Positions 16,764-27,489 of a DNA stretch of 64,000 nt are shown in pieces. The notes below the pieces were generated by a model. The model did not search any database, had not been told where the DNA came from, and was given only the letters and a program-made list of their open reading frames with translations. The number at the start of each line of letters is the position of its first letter. Within the stretch, counting starts at the first letter, position 1. The stretch is from Limnochordia bacterium. GTDB lineage: Bacteria > Bacillota > Limnochordia > DTU080. The position numbers were made by a program, and so were the translations under genes. The stretch lies in contig JBMNJG010000012.1 of the NCBI GenBank assembly GCA_050951545.1, forward strand, positions 96,001 to 160,000, given 5' to 3'.

Positions 16764-18089
16764 TCAGTGAGAGGCAATACGCGCCAGAACCAAAGGCGTG
16801 GGTAGCGGGGGTTGTTCCCCGATCTCGATAGACTGTGTGATAGCCCGCGTGGCCTCCGCTGCTTGGGAAGCACGCAGGGCATGCACTTGCGCTAGGGGCT
16901 CCCCAGCCTCGATGTGTTCGCCTACTTTGCGGATCCGATCGACACCCACAGAAAGCTCGATAGCATCGTCTTTTGTTTCCCTACCCGCACCGAGCTTCAT
17001 AGCTATGCGGCCAATGGCGAAAGCGTCCACAGACTGAATGTACCCGCTCTGTGAGGCGATGGCCTCCTGTCGCACGGGAGCCAGGGGTAGCCTTTTTGTG
17101 TCGTACACGGCAGCGGCATCGCCTCCTTGGGCAGCGACCATCTCCGCCAGCTTGTCGAGGGCTGCTCCGGAGGCCAGGGCTCTTTCGAGACGTTGGCCAG
17201 CCCTTGCCATCTCAGTATCGATGCCTCCTAAGACGACCATCTCCGCGCCAAGAGTCAGGCAAAGTTCGCGAAGGTCGGCAGGTCCTTCATCTCTCAGCGC
17301 ATCCAAGGCTTCTCTAACCTCCAATGCATTGCCCACAGTCCGCCCCAATGGTTGAGACATGTCTGTTATCAGTGCCACAGCCCGTCGACCGTTCTGTCGT
17401 GCAATCTCCACCATGGTACCAGCTAGCTGCTGCCCGGCATCCAGAGTTCTCGCAAAGGCTCCCCTACCGACTTTCACGTCGAGAACAAACGCATCAGCAC
17501 CTGCTGCTAACTTCTTGCTGATCACGCTGGCGGCGATCAGCGGAATACTGTCGACCGTAGCCGTGACATCGCGCAAGGCATAGAGTTGTCTATCAGCAGG
17601 GGCCAGATCAGCCGTCTGGCCCGTGATAGCCACGCCGATCGCGGCCACTTGGGCGGCAAACTGTTCGTGTGATATCGTCACGCGCATACCTGGAAACGAT
17701 TCCAGTTTGTCTAGGGTTCCTCCAGTATGGCCCAGACCTCTACCTGCCATCTTGGCTACTGGCACGCCTACAGAAGCTACCAGAGGGGCTAGGACCAGCG
17801 TAGTCTTGTCTCCTACCCCTCCGGTGGAGTGCTTGTCGACCTTCACTCCTGGAATCTGCGAGAGATCAAGGCACTCGCCTGAAGACGCCATGGCGGAAGT
17901 AAGCCACGAGGTCTCTGTTGGCGTCATGCCTCGCAGGTAGACAGCCATTAACCACGCTGCCACTTGGTAATCAGGAATGGTACCTGAGGCCACACCACTG
18001 ACAAAGGTCTCAATCTCATCGGCGGTATGTTCGAGTCCGTCTCGCTTTTTCTGTAGCATGTCGTAGATACGTATGGTCTGTGCCTTCAC
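16764..18089 (-). CDS. pdp: Pyrimidine-nucleoside phosphorylase
   Basis: [42 protein letters not shown]. Confidence 0.95.
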   Translation of the reverse strand: MKAQTIRIYDMLQKKRDGLEHTADEIETFVSGVASGTIPDYQVAAWLMAVYLRGMTPTETSWLTSAMASSGECLDLSQIPGVKVDKHSTGGVGDKTTLVLAPLVASVGVPVAKMAGRGLGHTGGTLDKLESFPGMRVTISHEQFAAQVAAIGVAITGQTADLAPADRQLYALRDVTATVDSIPLIAASVISKKLAAGADAFVLDVKVGRGAFARTLDAGQQLAGTMVEIARQNGRRAVALITDMSQPLGRTVGNALEVREALDALRDEGPADLRELCLTLGAEMVVLGGIDTEMARAGQRLERALASGAALDKLAEMVAAQGGDAAAVYDTKRLPLAPVRQEAIASQSGYIQSVDAFAIGRIAMKLGAGRETKDDAIELSVGVDRIRKVGEHIEAGEPLAQVHALRASQAAEATRAITQSIEIGEQPPLPTPLVLARIASH

Positions 18090-19249
18090 AGGAAACTCCT
18101 TCCTGGTCCTGGGTTCGGTACACCAAAGATCACAGCCAGGCTTGCTGCCACATCAGAAAAGCTCTCGCGCACACCAAGTGCCCGTCCGGGGCGGCAAGCC
18201 GAACCGAAGAGAATCAATGGCACATACTCCCGCGAATGGTCGGTCCCCGGGGTGGTGGGATCACAGCCGTGGTCAGCGAGGAGAATCAGCACGTCGTCAT
18301 CTTTGAGGGCCCGTAGGATCTCAGGAAGGCGAGCATCGAGTTCCTCCAAGCCCCGAGCGTAGCCACCAACATCATTGCGATGGCCCCAGAGCATGTCGAA
18401 ATCAACGCAGTTGGCGAAGATGAGGCCACTCTGCTTCAGTTCGGCCATGAACCGAAGCGTGACGTCAATAGTCTCCATGTTATGGCGCGTGTGAAGAGCT
18501 CTGGTCACCCCCCGACCAGCAAAGATGTCGCTGATTTTCCCGACCGCCCACACCTCATGCTTGGCTTCGTAGAGCAGGTCCAGAATCGTCGGCTGGGGTG
18601 GTGCTAAGCTGAAATCACGCCGGTTGGGGGTGCGGGTGAAATTCCCTGGTGAGCCGATGAAGGGGCGAGCAATCACACGAGCGACGGCATGAGCCCCCTT
18701 CAGAATGGATCTGGCTGATACACAGAGTTGATACAGCTCCTCAAGCGCTATGATGCTCTCGTGGGCGGCGATCTGGAAGACACTGTCGACTGAGGTGTAG
18801 ACGATAGGCCAACCCGTTCGAAGATGCTCTGCACCGAGTTCATCAAGGATCTCAGTCCCAGAAGCCACTTTGTTGCCGAGCACCTTGTAGCCTGTGGCCG
18901 ATGCCAGGGAACCGATCACTTCGGCGGGAAATCCATGGGGATAGGTGGGAAACGGCTTGTCCAAGACGATCCCAGCGATCTCCCAATGGCCAGTTGTGGT
19001 GTCCTTTCCGGGAGAGAGAGGTGCCATCTTGCCATAGGCACCCATGGGGGCCTCGATAGGACCAACTCCTCGGATGGGGACGATGTTTCCCAGGCCCAGC
19101 GCCGCCAGATGCGGCAAGCGCAAACGCACTTGGCGGGCGATATTACCCAAGGTGTTGCTGCCCTCATCGCCGTACTTCGCGGCATCGGGTGATGCCCCGA
19201 CACCGACGGAGTCCAAGACGATCATTATTACACGCGAGATTCGATGCAT
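18086..19249 (-). CDS. deoB: Phosphopentomutase
   Basis: [42 protein letters not shown]. Confidence 0.95.
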   Translation of the reverse strand: MHRISRVIMIVLDSVGVGASPDAAKYGDEGSNTLGNIARQVRLRLPHLAALGLGNIVPIRGVGPIEAPMGAYGKMAPLSPGKDTTTGHWEIAGIVLDKPFPTYPHGFPAEVIGSLASATGYKVLGNKVASGTEILDELGAEHLRTGWPIVYTSVDSVFQIAAHESIIALEELYQLCVSARSILKGAHAVARVIARPFIGSPGNFTRTPNRRDFSLAPPQPTILDLLYEAKHEVWAVGKISDIFAGRGVTRALHTRHNMETIDVTLRFMAELKQSGLIFANCVDFDMLWGHRNDVGGYARGLEELDARLPEILRALKDDDVLILLADHGCDPTTPGTDHSREYVPLILFGSACRPGRALGVRESFSDVAASLAVIFGVPNPGPGRSFL

Positions 19250-19324
19250 ATGTCATGCCCCTCGTCACCAAGACTCGTATTCCATTAGGGTTTCGCCACT
19301 TGCTGCAGGCTATCCTTGACGTCG

Positions 19325-19984
19325 TCACACGCCTCGTAGCAAGTAGCGAGCGGCGACAGCAGTTAGCGTGGGGCTGACAAAAGACTCTACAAGACTACCG
19401 ATGAAGAGCAGCGTGCAGCCTAGTAGTCCTAGCCCCCCTTCCCTGCGAAGGTGATGGTAGATGGTGATTCCTCGAGATCGGCCAAAGACGGTACGGGCGA
19501 GCTCCAACGAAAAGGCGATGGCTCCTACCGCGCAGAACAGAAGTCCGGGAATGAGCACTAGGTTCTGCGGCAGCAGAGCAACCAGGCCTAGCGCGGCTCC
19601 CCGCAACAGGAGATCGTCAATGAGAAAGCCTAGCGTAAAGCCCAAAACAAAGCCGCGAAGAAAGACCACCGCAGCAATCAGAGGAACGCCAATCACCGAA
19701 AGGCCCAGCAACCACAGCAGCCCAGCAGTCTTTAGCACGTCCTGAGCGGCCATCCATTGCCAACCACTGCCTGGAGCGGTTCCTTCCACAGTTAGACTGC
19801 GCAGAAGCTGCTCCAGGAATTGGGACAACTCCTGATGCCCAGGTGCGTTCAGGCTTCTCACTGACAAGCCACCTGCGAGAACGCCTATCACTAGGACGAC
19901 AAGAACCACGGCGAAAAGAAACATGCGTGGTCGGATCGTATCAGTCATCCAGTTGTTGGCAGAGCGTCTTCCCCATGTGGCCAA
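19325..19984 (-). CDS. spoIIM: Stage II sporulation protein M
   Basis: Multi-TM protein with LGLSVIGVP, RGF.LGFT.GF, PQN, VESFVSP. Confidence 0.88.
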   Translation of the reverse strand: MATWGRRSANNWMTDTIRPRMFLFAVVLVVLVIGVLAGGLSVRSLNAPGHQELSQFLEQLLRSLTVEGTAPGSGWQWMAAQDVLKTAGLLWLLGLSVIGVPLIAAVVFLRGFVLGFTLGFLIDDLLLRGAALGLVALLPQNLVLIPGLLFCAVGAIAFSLELARTVFGRSRGITIYHHLRREGGLGLLGCTLLFIGSLVESFVSPTLTAVAARYLLRGV

Positions 19985-20006
19985 GGAACAGCCCCCCTAC
20001 TGTCAC

Positions 20007-20036
20007 ATGGTATGCGTTGGGGGGGCTACTGTATGT
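20007..20036 (-). promoter_or_regulatory. Sigma-E promoter of spoIIM
   Basis: ACATA-N17-CATACCAT; spoIIM is sigma-E controlled in B. subtilis. Confidence 0.6.
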
Positions 20037-20047
20037 GCTGTCGCAGT

Positions 20048-21124
20048 TCAGCACTTCATTGACAAGCGGGCTGCCACTTGGCCTGCAGCCGCGCCAGCCG
20101 CGAAGAAGGCTGGGTCTTGCGCTGGGCTTCGGCCCATTGATGACACTCTCACTTTCGCTTCCGCCAGTTGCTGATCTACGTCTATAACGTCTTCCCACAG
20201 TAGCCTGTGCTTAGGTATTAGCTGATGTTGACGGCACTGGGCGAGGATGATCTCCGTCTGCTCAGCACTCAGCACAGGGAGCACGATCGTTGTAGGACGT
20301 TGGGTCAAGCGACCCAAGGCGGTGCAGGAATGATGTGAGAGGCCCTGATGCCGTGGCCGGGGGTCTACGAAACTAAGACGAGGCAAGGCGAGAGAACATG
20401 CCCCTAGTGCGCTTGCGCCGTCCAAAATGGGGGCTTGTTCTAGGGCGGTTGTGCCTAAGGGTGTCCCTGTGCCCACTACTCCTGGTCCCATGGCTACAAT
20501 GCAGGCTTGGGCCTGGACGACGTGATGTGCGGTCTGTAGCGCAGAGTAGACTGTGACAGCCTCCAGATCGCCACCGAAGGCATGTCCACAGGTGATGATG
20601 GCATCTAGCCAACCCTCACGGCGGAGATGCTGCGCAAGCCGGCTGAGCTGAGCGGGAAGAGCAGCGCCGTCTGTCATCACATAAGCTAGCCGAGCAGAGG
20701 GGGCGGTGCGTTTGAACGCCACTGCAAAAGGGGCTATCAAGCTGTGGAGCGTGGCTACGCTCACCGGTAGGTTATCCAGAGAGCATTGTAGACAGAGCGT
20801 GTCATGATACGGACTAGCTTCCTCCTCCACTGCCAACACTTGGACTTGGCTGGGAGTATAACGTACCTTCATGATGTGCCCCTTGCCGCTTAGGTCTTTC
20901 TCTGCGCCTGCAATAGCCATCACAAAATGCTGACCGCCAGTACCGAGGCTTAGGGCTACTGCAGAGGTGTTGAGAGTGACTTGATCTCCAGCGGCGGCCA
21001 CACCTACCAGCGGTGGGAAACTCACAGCTTCGAATTCGGCGCCCTCGACCAGCACGCGCAGCAGCTGTCTATGGCTTGTTTCCTCAATGACCGAGAGAAC
21101 TTCACCACAACGGACTCGGATCAC
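20048..21124 (-). CDS. DUF3866 family protein
   Basis: LSLGTGG, GHIMKVRYTP.Q, YVMTDGAALP, GHAFGGDLEAV, MGPGVVGTGT; usual neighbour of spoIIM. Confidence 0.85.
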   Translation of the reverse strand: MIRVRCGEVLSVIEETSHRQLLRVLVEGAEFEAVSFPPLVGVAAAGDQVTLNTSAVALSLGTGGQHFVMAIAGAEKDLSGKGHIMKVRYTPSQVQVLAVEEEASPYHDTLCLQCSLDNLPVSVATLHSLIAPFAVAFKRTAPSARLAYVMTDGAALPAQLSRLAQHLRREGWLDAIITCGHAFGGDLEAVTVYSALQTAHHVVQAQACIVAMGPGVVGTGTPLGTTALEQAPILDGASALGACSLALPRLSFVDPRPRHQGLSHHSCTALGRLTQRPTTIVLPVLSAEQTEIILAQCRQHQLIPKHRLLWEDVIDVDQQLAEAKVRVSSMGRSPAQDPAFFAAGAAAGQVAARLSMKC

Positions 21125-21205
21125 TCCTGGCCTACACCCTCTCCGTTTTGATCATCAGACCAACAAAGAAGATGAGCAGGTCTGCACCTGCTCAACCGCC
21201 TCTGT

Positions 21206-23407
21206 CTATGAGCGACGGCGTGAGGAATCGCCTCCGCCTCGCCGCCCTCCGTCACGACGCTGTGGTCGGCTTGGGCGACGCTGCTCGTCTTCTTGAGGGG
21301 CCGCATCGGGGTCAGGTTCCAGTGTGTCTTTTCGTGACAGATTGATCCGTCCCATCTGGTCAATCTCTATTACCTTGACAGTGACCTCGTCCCCAACATT
21401 CACGACATCCTCAACTCGCCCAACCCGCTCATGCGCCAACTTCGAGATGTGTACTAAGCCCTCTTTGCCTGGCAGTACCTCCACAAAGGCGCCGAAGTTG
21501 AGCACTCTGGTCACCTTGCCAGTGTAGATCTTGCCGACTTCTACTTCGGCAGTGAGGTTGCGGATCCACTCAATGGCCCGGAGGCTACCATCTTCATCAG
21601 TCGAGGCTACAAAGACTCTGCCATCATCCTCTACATCAATGGCCACACCTGTCTCCTCGATGATCTTGCGAATCACCTTACCTCCAGGGCCGATGACATC
21701 GCGAATCTTGTCAACGGGAATCTGAAGGGTACGAATGCGTGGCGCCCACGGGGAGAGCTCTGCGCGTGGTTCCGTGATAGCCTCTTGCATACGCTCGAGA
21801 ATGAACAGACGTCCCTTGAGTGCTTGTTGCAGGGCCTGACGCAGAATCTCTTTCGTGACGCCAGTTATCTTGATGTCCATCTGCAGGGCTGTTATACCTT
21901 CGCTTGTACCAGCCACTTTGAAGTCCATATCGCCGAGATGGTCTTCCATACCCTGAATGTCGGTGAGTATAGCAAAGCGGTCACCGTCTCTGGAGGTGAT
22001 CAGGCCCATGGCAATACCAGCCACGGGTCTTTTGATTGGGACTCCGGCGTCCATCAAGGCCAGTGTTGAACCACAGACGCTGGCTTGGGAGGAAGAGCCG
22101 TTTGACTCCAGGACCTCTGATACCAGACGCAGTGTGTAGGGGAATTCCTCTTCTGACGGGATCACGGGCAGAAGAGCTCGTTCGGCTAGGGCTCCGTGCC
22201 CTATCTCACGCCGCCCCGGTGAACGGGCTGGTCTCGTTTCGCCTACGCTGTAGGCCGGGAAGTTGTAGTGGTGTATGTAGCGCTTGCGGTCTTCCTCGCT
22301 CAGTGTATCGATGATTTGCTCGTCCGACTTCAGCCCCAAGGTGCAGACCGTGCAGACCTGTGTCTGGCCCCGAGTGAAAATGCCAGTACCGTGAGCGCGA
22401 GGTAGCACCCCTACTTCGCAGCGGATGCTGCGGATCTCATCAAGAGCTCGACCGTCTGGCCGCACATTGTCGATAGCGATCATGTGTCGGACTTCTTCTT
22501 TAAGCAATGCATCGAATGCGTAGGCGGTCTCTTGGCGGTGAGCCAGCAGTTCCTCCTCACCATGCAGTTCAGTGTATGCCCCTACGAGATCGTCCTTGAC
22601 TCGCGCAATCTGCTCCTCGCGGTCTTGCTTGTCCGAATTCTTGATAGCTTCACGAAGTTTGGTGCCGATGGTCTGCCGCACCCACTGTTCAAGCTCGCTG
22701 TCGACGTTGTAGAGCGGGACCTCAATCTTTGGCTGCCCCACTTCTTGACGCATGGTGTCAAGAGCAGCGATGACGCGTCGCACCTGCTCATGTCCGAACA
22801 TGATCGCCTCAAGCATCGTCTCTTCATCGACTTCGTTGGCCCCGGCCTCTACCATGTTGACAGCGTCTCGGGTGCCAGCAACTACGAGGTCAATATCGCT
22901 CTGAGCCGCCTGGGCAGTTGTGGGGTTGACCACGAACTTGCCGTCTACCCGCGCCACTTGCACGCCAGCTATGGGGCCGAGAAATGGGATGTCTGAAATA
23001 CTCAGCGCAGCTGAGGCTCCAATCATAGCTGCGATGGCTGGTGAGTTGTCATGATCAACGGACATGACTGTAGCAACCACCTGCACATCGTTGAGAAAAC
23101 CCTCCGGGAACAACGGGCGGATAGCGCGGTCGATAAGGCGTGCAGACAACACAGCACCCTCTGCCGGTCGTCCTTCCCTACGGAACCAACTACCCGGGAT
23201 TTTTCCGATGGCATACATCCGCTCTTCATAGTCGACTAGCAGCGGAAAGAAATCGATGCCCTCACGCACATCGGACATCGTGGCAGTCACAAGTACCACA
23301 GTGTCACCATAGCGTACCAGGACACTGCCATTTGCTTGGCCAGCTAACCTGCCTGTCTCCAGGCTAAGCTGTCTTCCACCAAGTTCGAGATCTAACACAT
23401 AAGCCAT
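21206..23407 (-). CDS. pnp: Polyribonucleotide nucleotidyltransferase
   Basis: [33 protein letters not shown] and S1 domains; start at 23407 by RBS. Confidence 0.97.
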   Translation of the reverse strand: MAYVLDLELGGRQLSLETGRLAGQANGSVLVRYGDTVVLVTATMSDVREGIDFFPLLVDYEERMYAIGKIPGSWFRREGRPAEGAVLSARLIDRAIRPLFPEGFLNDVQVVATVMSVDHDNSPAIAAMIGASAALSISDIPFLGPIAGVQVARVDGKFVVNPTTAQAAQSDIDLVVAGTRDAVNMVEAGANEVDEETMLEAIMFGHEQVRRVIAALDTMRQEVGQPKIEVPLYNVDSELEQWVRQTIGTKLREAIKNSDKQDREEQIARVKDDLVGAYTELHGEEELLAHRQETAYAFDALLKEEVRHMIAIDNVRPDGRALDEIRSIRCEVGVLPRAHGTGIFTRGQTQVCTVCTLGLKSDEQIIDTLSEEDRKRYIHHYNFPAYSVGETRPARSPGRREIGHGALAERALLPVIPSEEEFPYTLRLVSEVLESNGSSSQASVCGSTLALMDAGVPIKRPVAGIAMGLITSRDGDRFAILTDIQGMEDHLGDMDFKVAGTSEGITALQMDIKITGVTKEILRQALQQALKGRLFILERMQEAITEPRAELSPWAPRIRTLQIPVDKIRDVIGPGGKVIRKIIEETGVAIDVEDDGRVFVASTDEDGSLRAIEWIRNLTAEVEVGKIYTGKVTRVLNFGAFVEVLPGKEGLVHISKLAHERVGRVEDVVNVGDEVTVKVIEIDQMGRINLSRKDTLEPDPDAAPQEDEQRRPSRPQRRDGGRRGGGDSSRRRS

Positions 23408-23490
23408 TATGGGCAACCCTCCTACGGGGTATCGCTTGAGGCGCGCTGGTCCACTCGAGTCTAGTATGGACCAGCGGGTCCTTGTCATAC

Positions 23491-23518
23491 AAAAAGGGGG
23501 CGGGTCGCCCCCGCCCCT
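23491..23518 (-). terminator. rpsO intrinsic terminator
   Basis: GGGGCGGG-loop-CCCGCCCC followed by a T-run on the minus strand. Confidence 0.8.
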
Positions 23519-23519
23519 A

Positions 23520-23786
23520 CTAGCGCCGGAGTCCTAGGCGTTCAATAAGGGTCCTGTATCGTACTACGTCTTTCTTCTCAAGGTAATTGAGCAGTCCGCG
23601 TCGCTGGCCAATCAGGGAATAAAGACCACGACGAGAGTGATGGTCATTCTCGTTGGCACGTAGATGCTCAGAAAGATGAGTGATTCGCCAGGTGAGAAGG
23701 GCAATCTGCACTTCGGGGGAACCCGTATCGGTCTCATGGGTTCCATACTCCGCGATTATCTGTTGCTTCTGTTCCTTAGGCAGCAC
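23520..23786 (-). CDS. rpsO: 30S ribosomal protein S15
   Basis: [26 protein letters not shown]. Confidence 0.97.
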   Translation of the reverse strand: MLPKEQKQQIIAEYGTHETDTGSPEVQIALLTWRITHLSEHLRANENDHHSRRGLYSLIGQRRGLLNYLEKKDVVRYRTLIERLGLRR

Positions 23787-23789
23787 CTG

Positions 23790-23910
23790 TTCGTCCTCCT
23801 ATAATCAGGCCAATCACTGGCCCGTAATCGCCCTAGGCCACGGCGGGTAATCACAACCCTAGCCAAGGGTTCCACTCGATAAGTCTATCATGCTCTGGCA
23901 GCCGTGTAAA
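23790..23910 (-). promoter_or_regulatory. rpsO sigma-A promoter (within the ribF 3' end) and probable S15 autoregulatory leader
   Basis: TTTACA-N17-TAGACT with TG extension; leader with CTAGG/CCTAG pairing; leader identity inferred from position. Confidence 0.55.
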
Positions 23911-24875
23911 CGCAAGAAACGCAGAAACTCTCTTGCTGCAGTGACATCTTGACCAATCTGCTCCTGTAGTTCCTGTGCTGAAGCGAAGCGGATTGGTGGC
24001 CGAAGGCGATGATACAGACGCACCTCCAGGTGCTGACCATATAGGTCACCTCCAAAGTCGAGGACGTGGCTCTCTATCGTGATGTGGCGGCCATCGAATG
24101 TGGGCTGCTGGCTTACCGCTGTAACCGCATCACCGATAAGACTGGTTCCCTCAAGGCCGTTGTTGAGGCGTCTCACCTCTGAGACATACACTCCCTTGCT
24201 AGGCAGAATCTGTCGCCGATGACAGGCAATGTTGGCCGTAGGAAAACCCAGCTGGCGGCCGCGTGCATCACCCTTGCCCACGCGGCCCACAAGAGCGAAC
24301 GGTCTTCCAAGCATGTCAGCAGCAGGCTCCATCTCACCACCTGTTACCGATTGACGGATGCGCGTGCTCGAGATCTGGCCTAAGGCAGTGACCACTGCGG
24401 GGACGACCGTGACCCGAACCTGCAGGGGACGGGCCAGCGTTCGCAAGGTATCGACGTTCCCGCTACCGCCTCGACCAAAGGTGTAGTTGAAGCCTACCAC
24501 GATGCCGCGACACCCTAGACCCTGCACTAGTACCTGTTCCACGAATTCTGAGGGAGAGAGCTTAGCCAACGACCAGTCAAAGCGTATGTTAACGACACGG
24601 TCCACATAGCGCCGCAACAGTCGGATTCGTTCATGGGGGGGCGTCAAGATCAGGGGTGCCTCGTGTGGGCAGAGCAGCTCGAGAGGAAGACGGTCAAAGG
24701 TCAGTGCTACACTCTCCAGGCCGAGCGCTCGTGCCTGGCGTGTGGCGTCGTTCAGAATGGCTACGTGACCTCGGTGTACTCCATCGAAGGTGCCCAGGGC
24801 CACTACGCATGGTGCACGTCGCAGCGCACCAGCCCGAATGGCAGTGAGATCAGTTCCCTCTGAGTAGGTACTCAT
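23859..24875 (-). CDS. ribF: Bifunctional riboflavin kinase / FAD synthetase
   Basis: GTFDGVHRGH, ISSTRIR, GFPTAN; ATGA overlap with truB. Confidence 0.93.
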   Translation of the reverse strand: MSTYSEGTDLTAIRAGALRRAPCVVALGTFDGVHRGHVAILNDATRQARALGLESVALTFDRLPLELLCPHEAPLILTPPHERIRLLRRYVDRVVNIRFDWSLAKLSPSEFVEQVLVQGLGCRGIVVGFNYTFGRGGSGNVDTLRTLARPLQVRVTVVPAVVTALGQISSTRIRQSVTGGEMEPAADMLGRPFALVGRVGKGDARGRQLGFPTANIACHRRQILPSKGVYVSEVRRLNNGLEGTSLIGDAVTAVSQQPTFDGRHITIESHVLDFGGDLYGQHLEVRLYHRLRPPIRFASAQELQEQIGQDVTAAREFLRFLRLHGCQSMIDLSSGTLG

Positions 24876-25807
24876 CTGGAGAGCCTCCCACCATTGGATC
24901 TGGGAAAGACACAGATGGGTTGCCACAGTCCGGGGTGCTCAAGCACAGGCTGAGCGAGCGCAACGAGCGTGCCTTGGGGATCGTGCACCCGGACGGTAGA
25001 AGCGGGCTCAGTAGAAAGAGCTGCTGGGAAACGACGACCGTGGAGCAGATCGTCCTGCGCCCTGGCATCAGCAATAACAGCTGGCAAGTGCTCAACAGCG
25101 ACCGTTGGAGAGAGGACATATTCGACGAGGCGGCCAGTTGACTGTGCTGCTAGGAGCTCTTCGAACGTGATGGCATCAGAAATGCCAAGGGGGCCAGCAT
25201 GGGTGCGCACCAGACAAGACATATGGGCAGGACATCCCAGATGGGCGCCGATGTCCACGCAGAGCGTGCGGATGTAAGTGCCTGCCGAGCAATGCACATC
25301 AAAGAGTACGCGGCTACCGAGGCCAAGCACTGGAGCCTCCTCGGGCCAGATCTTCCGGATGTGCATTTCATAGATCTGAATGGTCCTAGGTTGGCGCTCA
25401 ACCACGTGACCCTCCCTAGCCAATTCGTAAAGGCGACGGCCTCCGACGCGCACGGCCGACAACATCGGAGGGGTCTGCTCGACACTACCCACGAAGGAAG
25501 CAAGAGCTTCTCCCAGCTGCCGGGGCGTGATGTGGAGTTCCTTGGCCACCTCCAGGGTAGCCCCACCGCCATCTTGGGTTTGGGTGGAAATACCCAACGT
25601 CATTTCGGCTCGGTACCACTTGTCGTCGGGCATGTAGCGTACCAGGCGCGTAGCCCATCCGAGAAACAGTGGCAAAACTCCGCTGACTCCGGGGTCAAGT
25701 GTCCCTCCGTGACCAATGCGTCGCTGCCCGAAAACACGGCGCGCAGCTGCTACCGCATCATGGGAAGTCATCCCCGATGGCTTCAGCAAGTTGACGATGC
25801 CGTTCAC
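24872..25807 (-). CDS. truB: tRNA pseudouridine(55) synthase
   Basis: KPSGMTSHD, GHGGTLDP, CSAGTYIRTL. Confidence 0.96.
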   Translation of the reverse strand: MNGIVNLLKPSGMTSHDAVAAARRVFGQRRIGHGGTLDPGVSGVLPLFLGWATRLVRYMPDDKWYRAEMTLGISTQTQDGGGATLEVAKELHITPRQLGEALASFVGSVEQTPPMLSAVRVGGRRLYELAREGHVVERQPRTIQIYEMHIRKIWPEEAPVLGLGSRVLFDVHCSAGTYIRTLCVDIGAHLGCPAHMSCLVRTHAGPLGISDAITFEELLAAQSTGRLVEYVLSPTVAVEHLPAVIADARAQDDLLHGRRFPAALSTEPASTVRVHDPQGTLVALAQPVLEHPGLWQPICVFPRSNGGRLSR

Positions 25808-25824
25808 GAAAGCCAGGTCCCCCT

Positions 25825-26829
25825 CTACGCTTCTTGCGTCGACATCTGTTTCTTCAGAGTCTCTGAGACGCGTGCCAGCACCGTCGCCCGCGCTTGCTCC
25901 AGAGGAAGAAATAGACGGCAGCCAGCGGCACGGGCATGACCTCCCCCACCGAGTTGTGCCGCCAGGGCGCTCACATCGAGACGGTTCTTAGATCGGAAAC
26001 TGACGCGCACCTCTTGGGGTGATGTTTCTCGGAAGATGATGGCCAACTCCACGCCTTCGATCATGCGCGGGTATTGGACCAGACCTTCCGTTTCTTCCGG
26101 ACGCATACACTCAGAAGTGAGTAGATCATGGCTTAGCGAAATCCAGGCAACTCGGCCATCCTCGCTACGCTCCAATGCCTGAAGCGCTCGTTGCAGAAAT
26201 CGCATGTAGCCCCAGGAATGGGTCTCGTAAAGATGCTTCGCCACGTAATCCGGTTTCGCTCCGTACCCAACGAGGTCCGCCGCTATACGAAGTGAACGTT
26301 CGGTGGCATTGCTGAAGCGAAATGAACCAGTGTCAGACACAATAGCTGTGTAGAGAAGGGTCGCTGCATCCGCGTTCAGATGCAAGTCCAAGGCCGCGAT
26401 CAGGGCATAGATCAGCTCGCCCGTGGCGGAAGCTTCCGGGTCAAGAAGGCGGATTGTTCCAGAGCTCGAGTTGGTGGGATGATGATCGATGTTGATCACC
26501 AGGCGCGCTGTTTGTGCCCACTCAGCAACTATTCCTGCTCTTCTCAGGTCACCGTCAACTACCACGATGCTTTCCCACTCACTTCGGTGCACTTGCTCCG
26601 GTGACCTGAGGCGTTGCCGGTGCGGAAGGAAATCCCAGTTTGGCGAGCTGGGATCCGTTACGACCGGCACGCTTGTTTTCCCGAGACTGCGCAAGGCCCA
26701 ATCGAGCGCCAGAAGGCTTCCTACGCAGTCGGGGTCGGGATCGACATGACCAGCCAGCAAAAAACGGTCGCCTCTCTGCAGCGCCTCTACCACACCGCGC
26801 ATCTGGCGGTTGTCAGGTCTGTCAGGCAT
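25825..26829 (-). CDS. nrnA: DHH/DHHA1 oligoribonuclease / pAp phosphatase
   Basis: H..PD.D, IDHH, DTGSF, GGGHARAAG. Confidence 0.9.
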   Translation of the reverse strand: MPDRPDNRQMRGVVEALQRGDRFLLAGHVDPDPDCVGSLLALDWALRSLGKTSVPVVTDPSSPNWDFLPHRQRLRSPEQVHRSEWESIVVVDGDLRRAGIVAEWAQTARLVINIDHHPTNSSSGTIRLLDPEASATGELIYALIAALDLHLNADAATLLYTAIVSDTGSFRFSNATERSLRIAADLVGYGAKPDYVAKHLYETHSWGYMRFLQRALQALERSEDGRVAWISLSHDLLTSECMRPEETEGLVQYPRMIEGVELAIIFRETSPQEVRVSFRSKNRLDVSALAAQLGGGGHARAAGCRLFLPLEQARATVLARVSETLKKQMSTQEA

Positions 26830-27187
26830 CGCTATCGGACTCCTCGTTCTGGCGTAGCTCCGCTAACAGCTCGTCGATGCGCGCCCCCTTTTGCGCAGTC
26901 TGATCCAAACGAAAGCTGACTTCCGGCGTATGGCGCAGTCGAATACGCTGCCCCAACTCCGATCGGAAGAACCCCGTGCCAGACTTCAGTGCCGTCAGCG
27001 TGTCCTTTGCGCTCGTTTCGTCGCCTAGAACACTAACGTAGACGCGGACGTAGCTGAGGTCCCTTGTGATATCGACATCCGTTACGGTCACGAAACCCAG
27101 TCGAGGGTCCTTCATGAGCTTTATGATCTCGCTTGCGTTACGCTTTATTTCCTCACGTAGGCGTGCTATTCTCTGCTCACTTGCCAT
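26822..27187 (-). CDS. rbfA: Ribosome-binding factor A
   Basis: KDPRL.FVTVT, LRHTPE..F. Confidence 0.96.
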   Translation of the reverse strand: MASEQRIARLREEIKRNASEIIKLMKDPRLGFVTVTDVDITRDLSYVRVYVSVLGDETSAKDTLTALKSGTGFFRSELGQRIRLRHTPEVSFRLDQTAQKGARIDELLAELRQNEESDSDA

Positions 27188-27206
27188 CCCCATCACCTGC
27201 CACTTG

Positions 27207-27488
27207 CTACAGATATTCTAAGGTCCGTGCAATCACTTCAGCTTCAGCATGTGAGTCATACAGCCGGGTTACGCTGTCCAATACTCCCTGGACCACCTTG
27301 GCAGTGCAACCGACGCATGCCACAGCAACTTGGGCGCGTTTATGGTCATTCTGGTAGGCTACTTCAGCGACAGAAACGTTGAAGCGGGCCCTGGTTCGAT
27401 CTAACAGCCCAGACAGCACACGCCGTTTGTCTTTCAGGTTGGTGCTTGACTGAACCAGAAAGTCGACGATAAGGACGGCGACAACCAC
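27207..27488 (-). CDS. ylxP: DUF503 / YlxP family protein
   Basis: LKDKR, FNVSVAEV; lies between infB and rbfA. Confidence 0.9.
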   Translation of the reverse strand: MVVAVLIVDFLVQSSTNLKDKRRVLSGLLDRTRARFNVSVAEVAYQNDHKRAQVAVACVGCTAKVVQGVLDSVTRLYDSHAEAEVIARTLEYL

Positions 27489-27489
27489 T

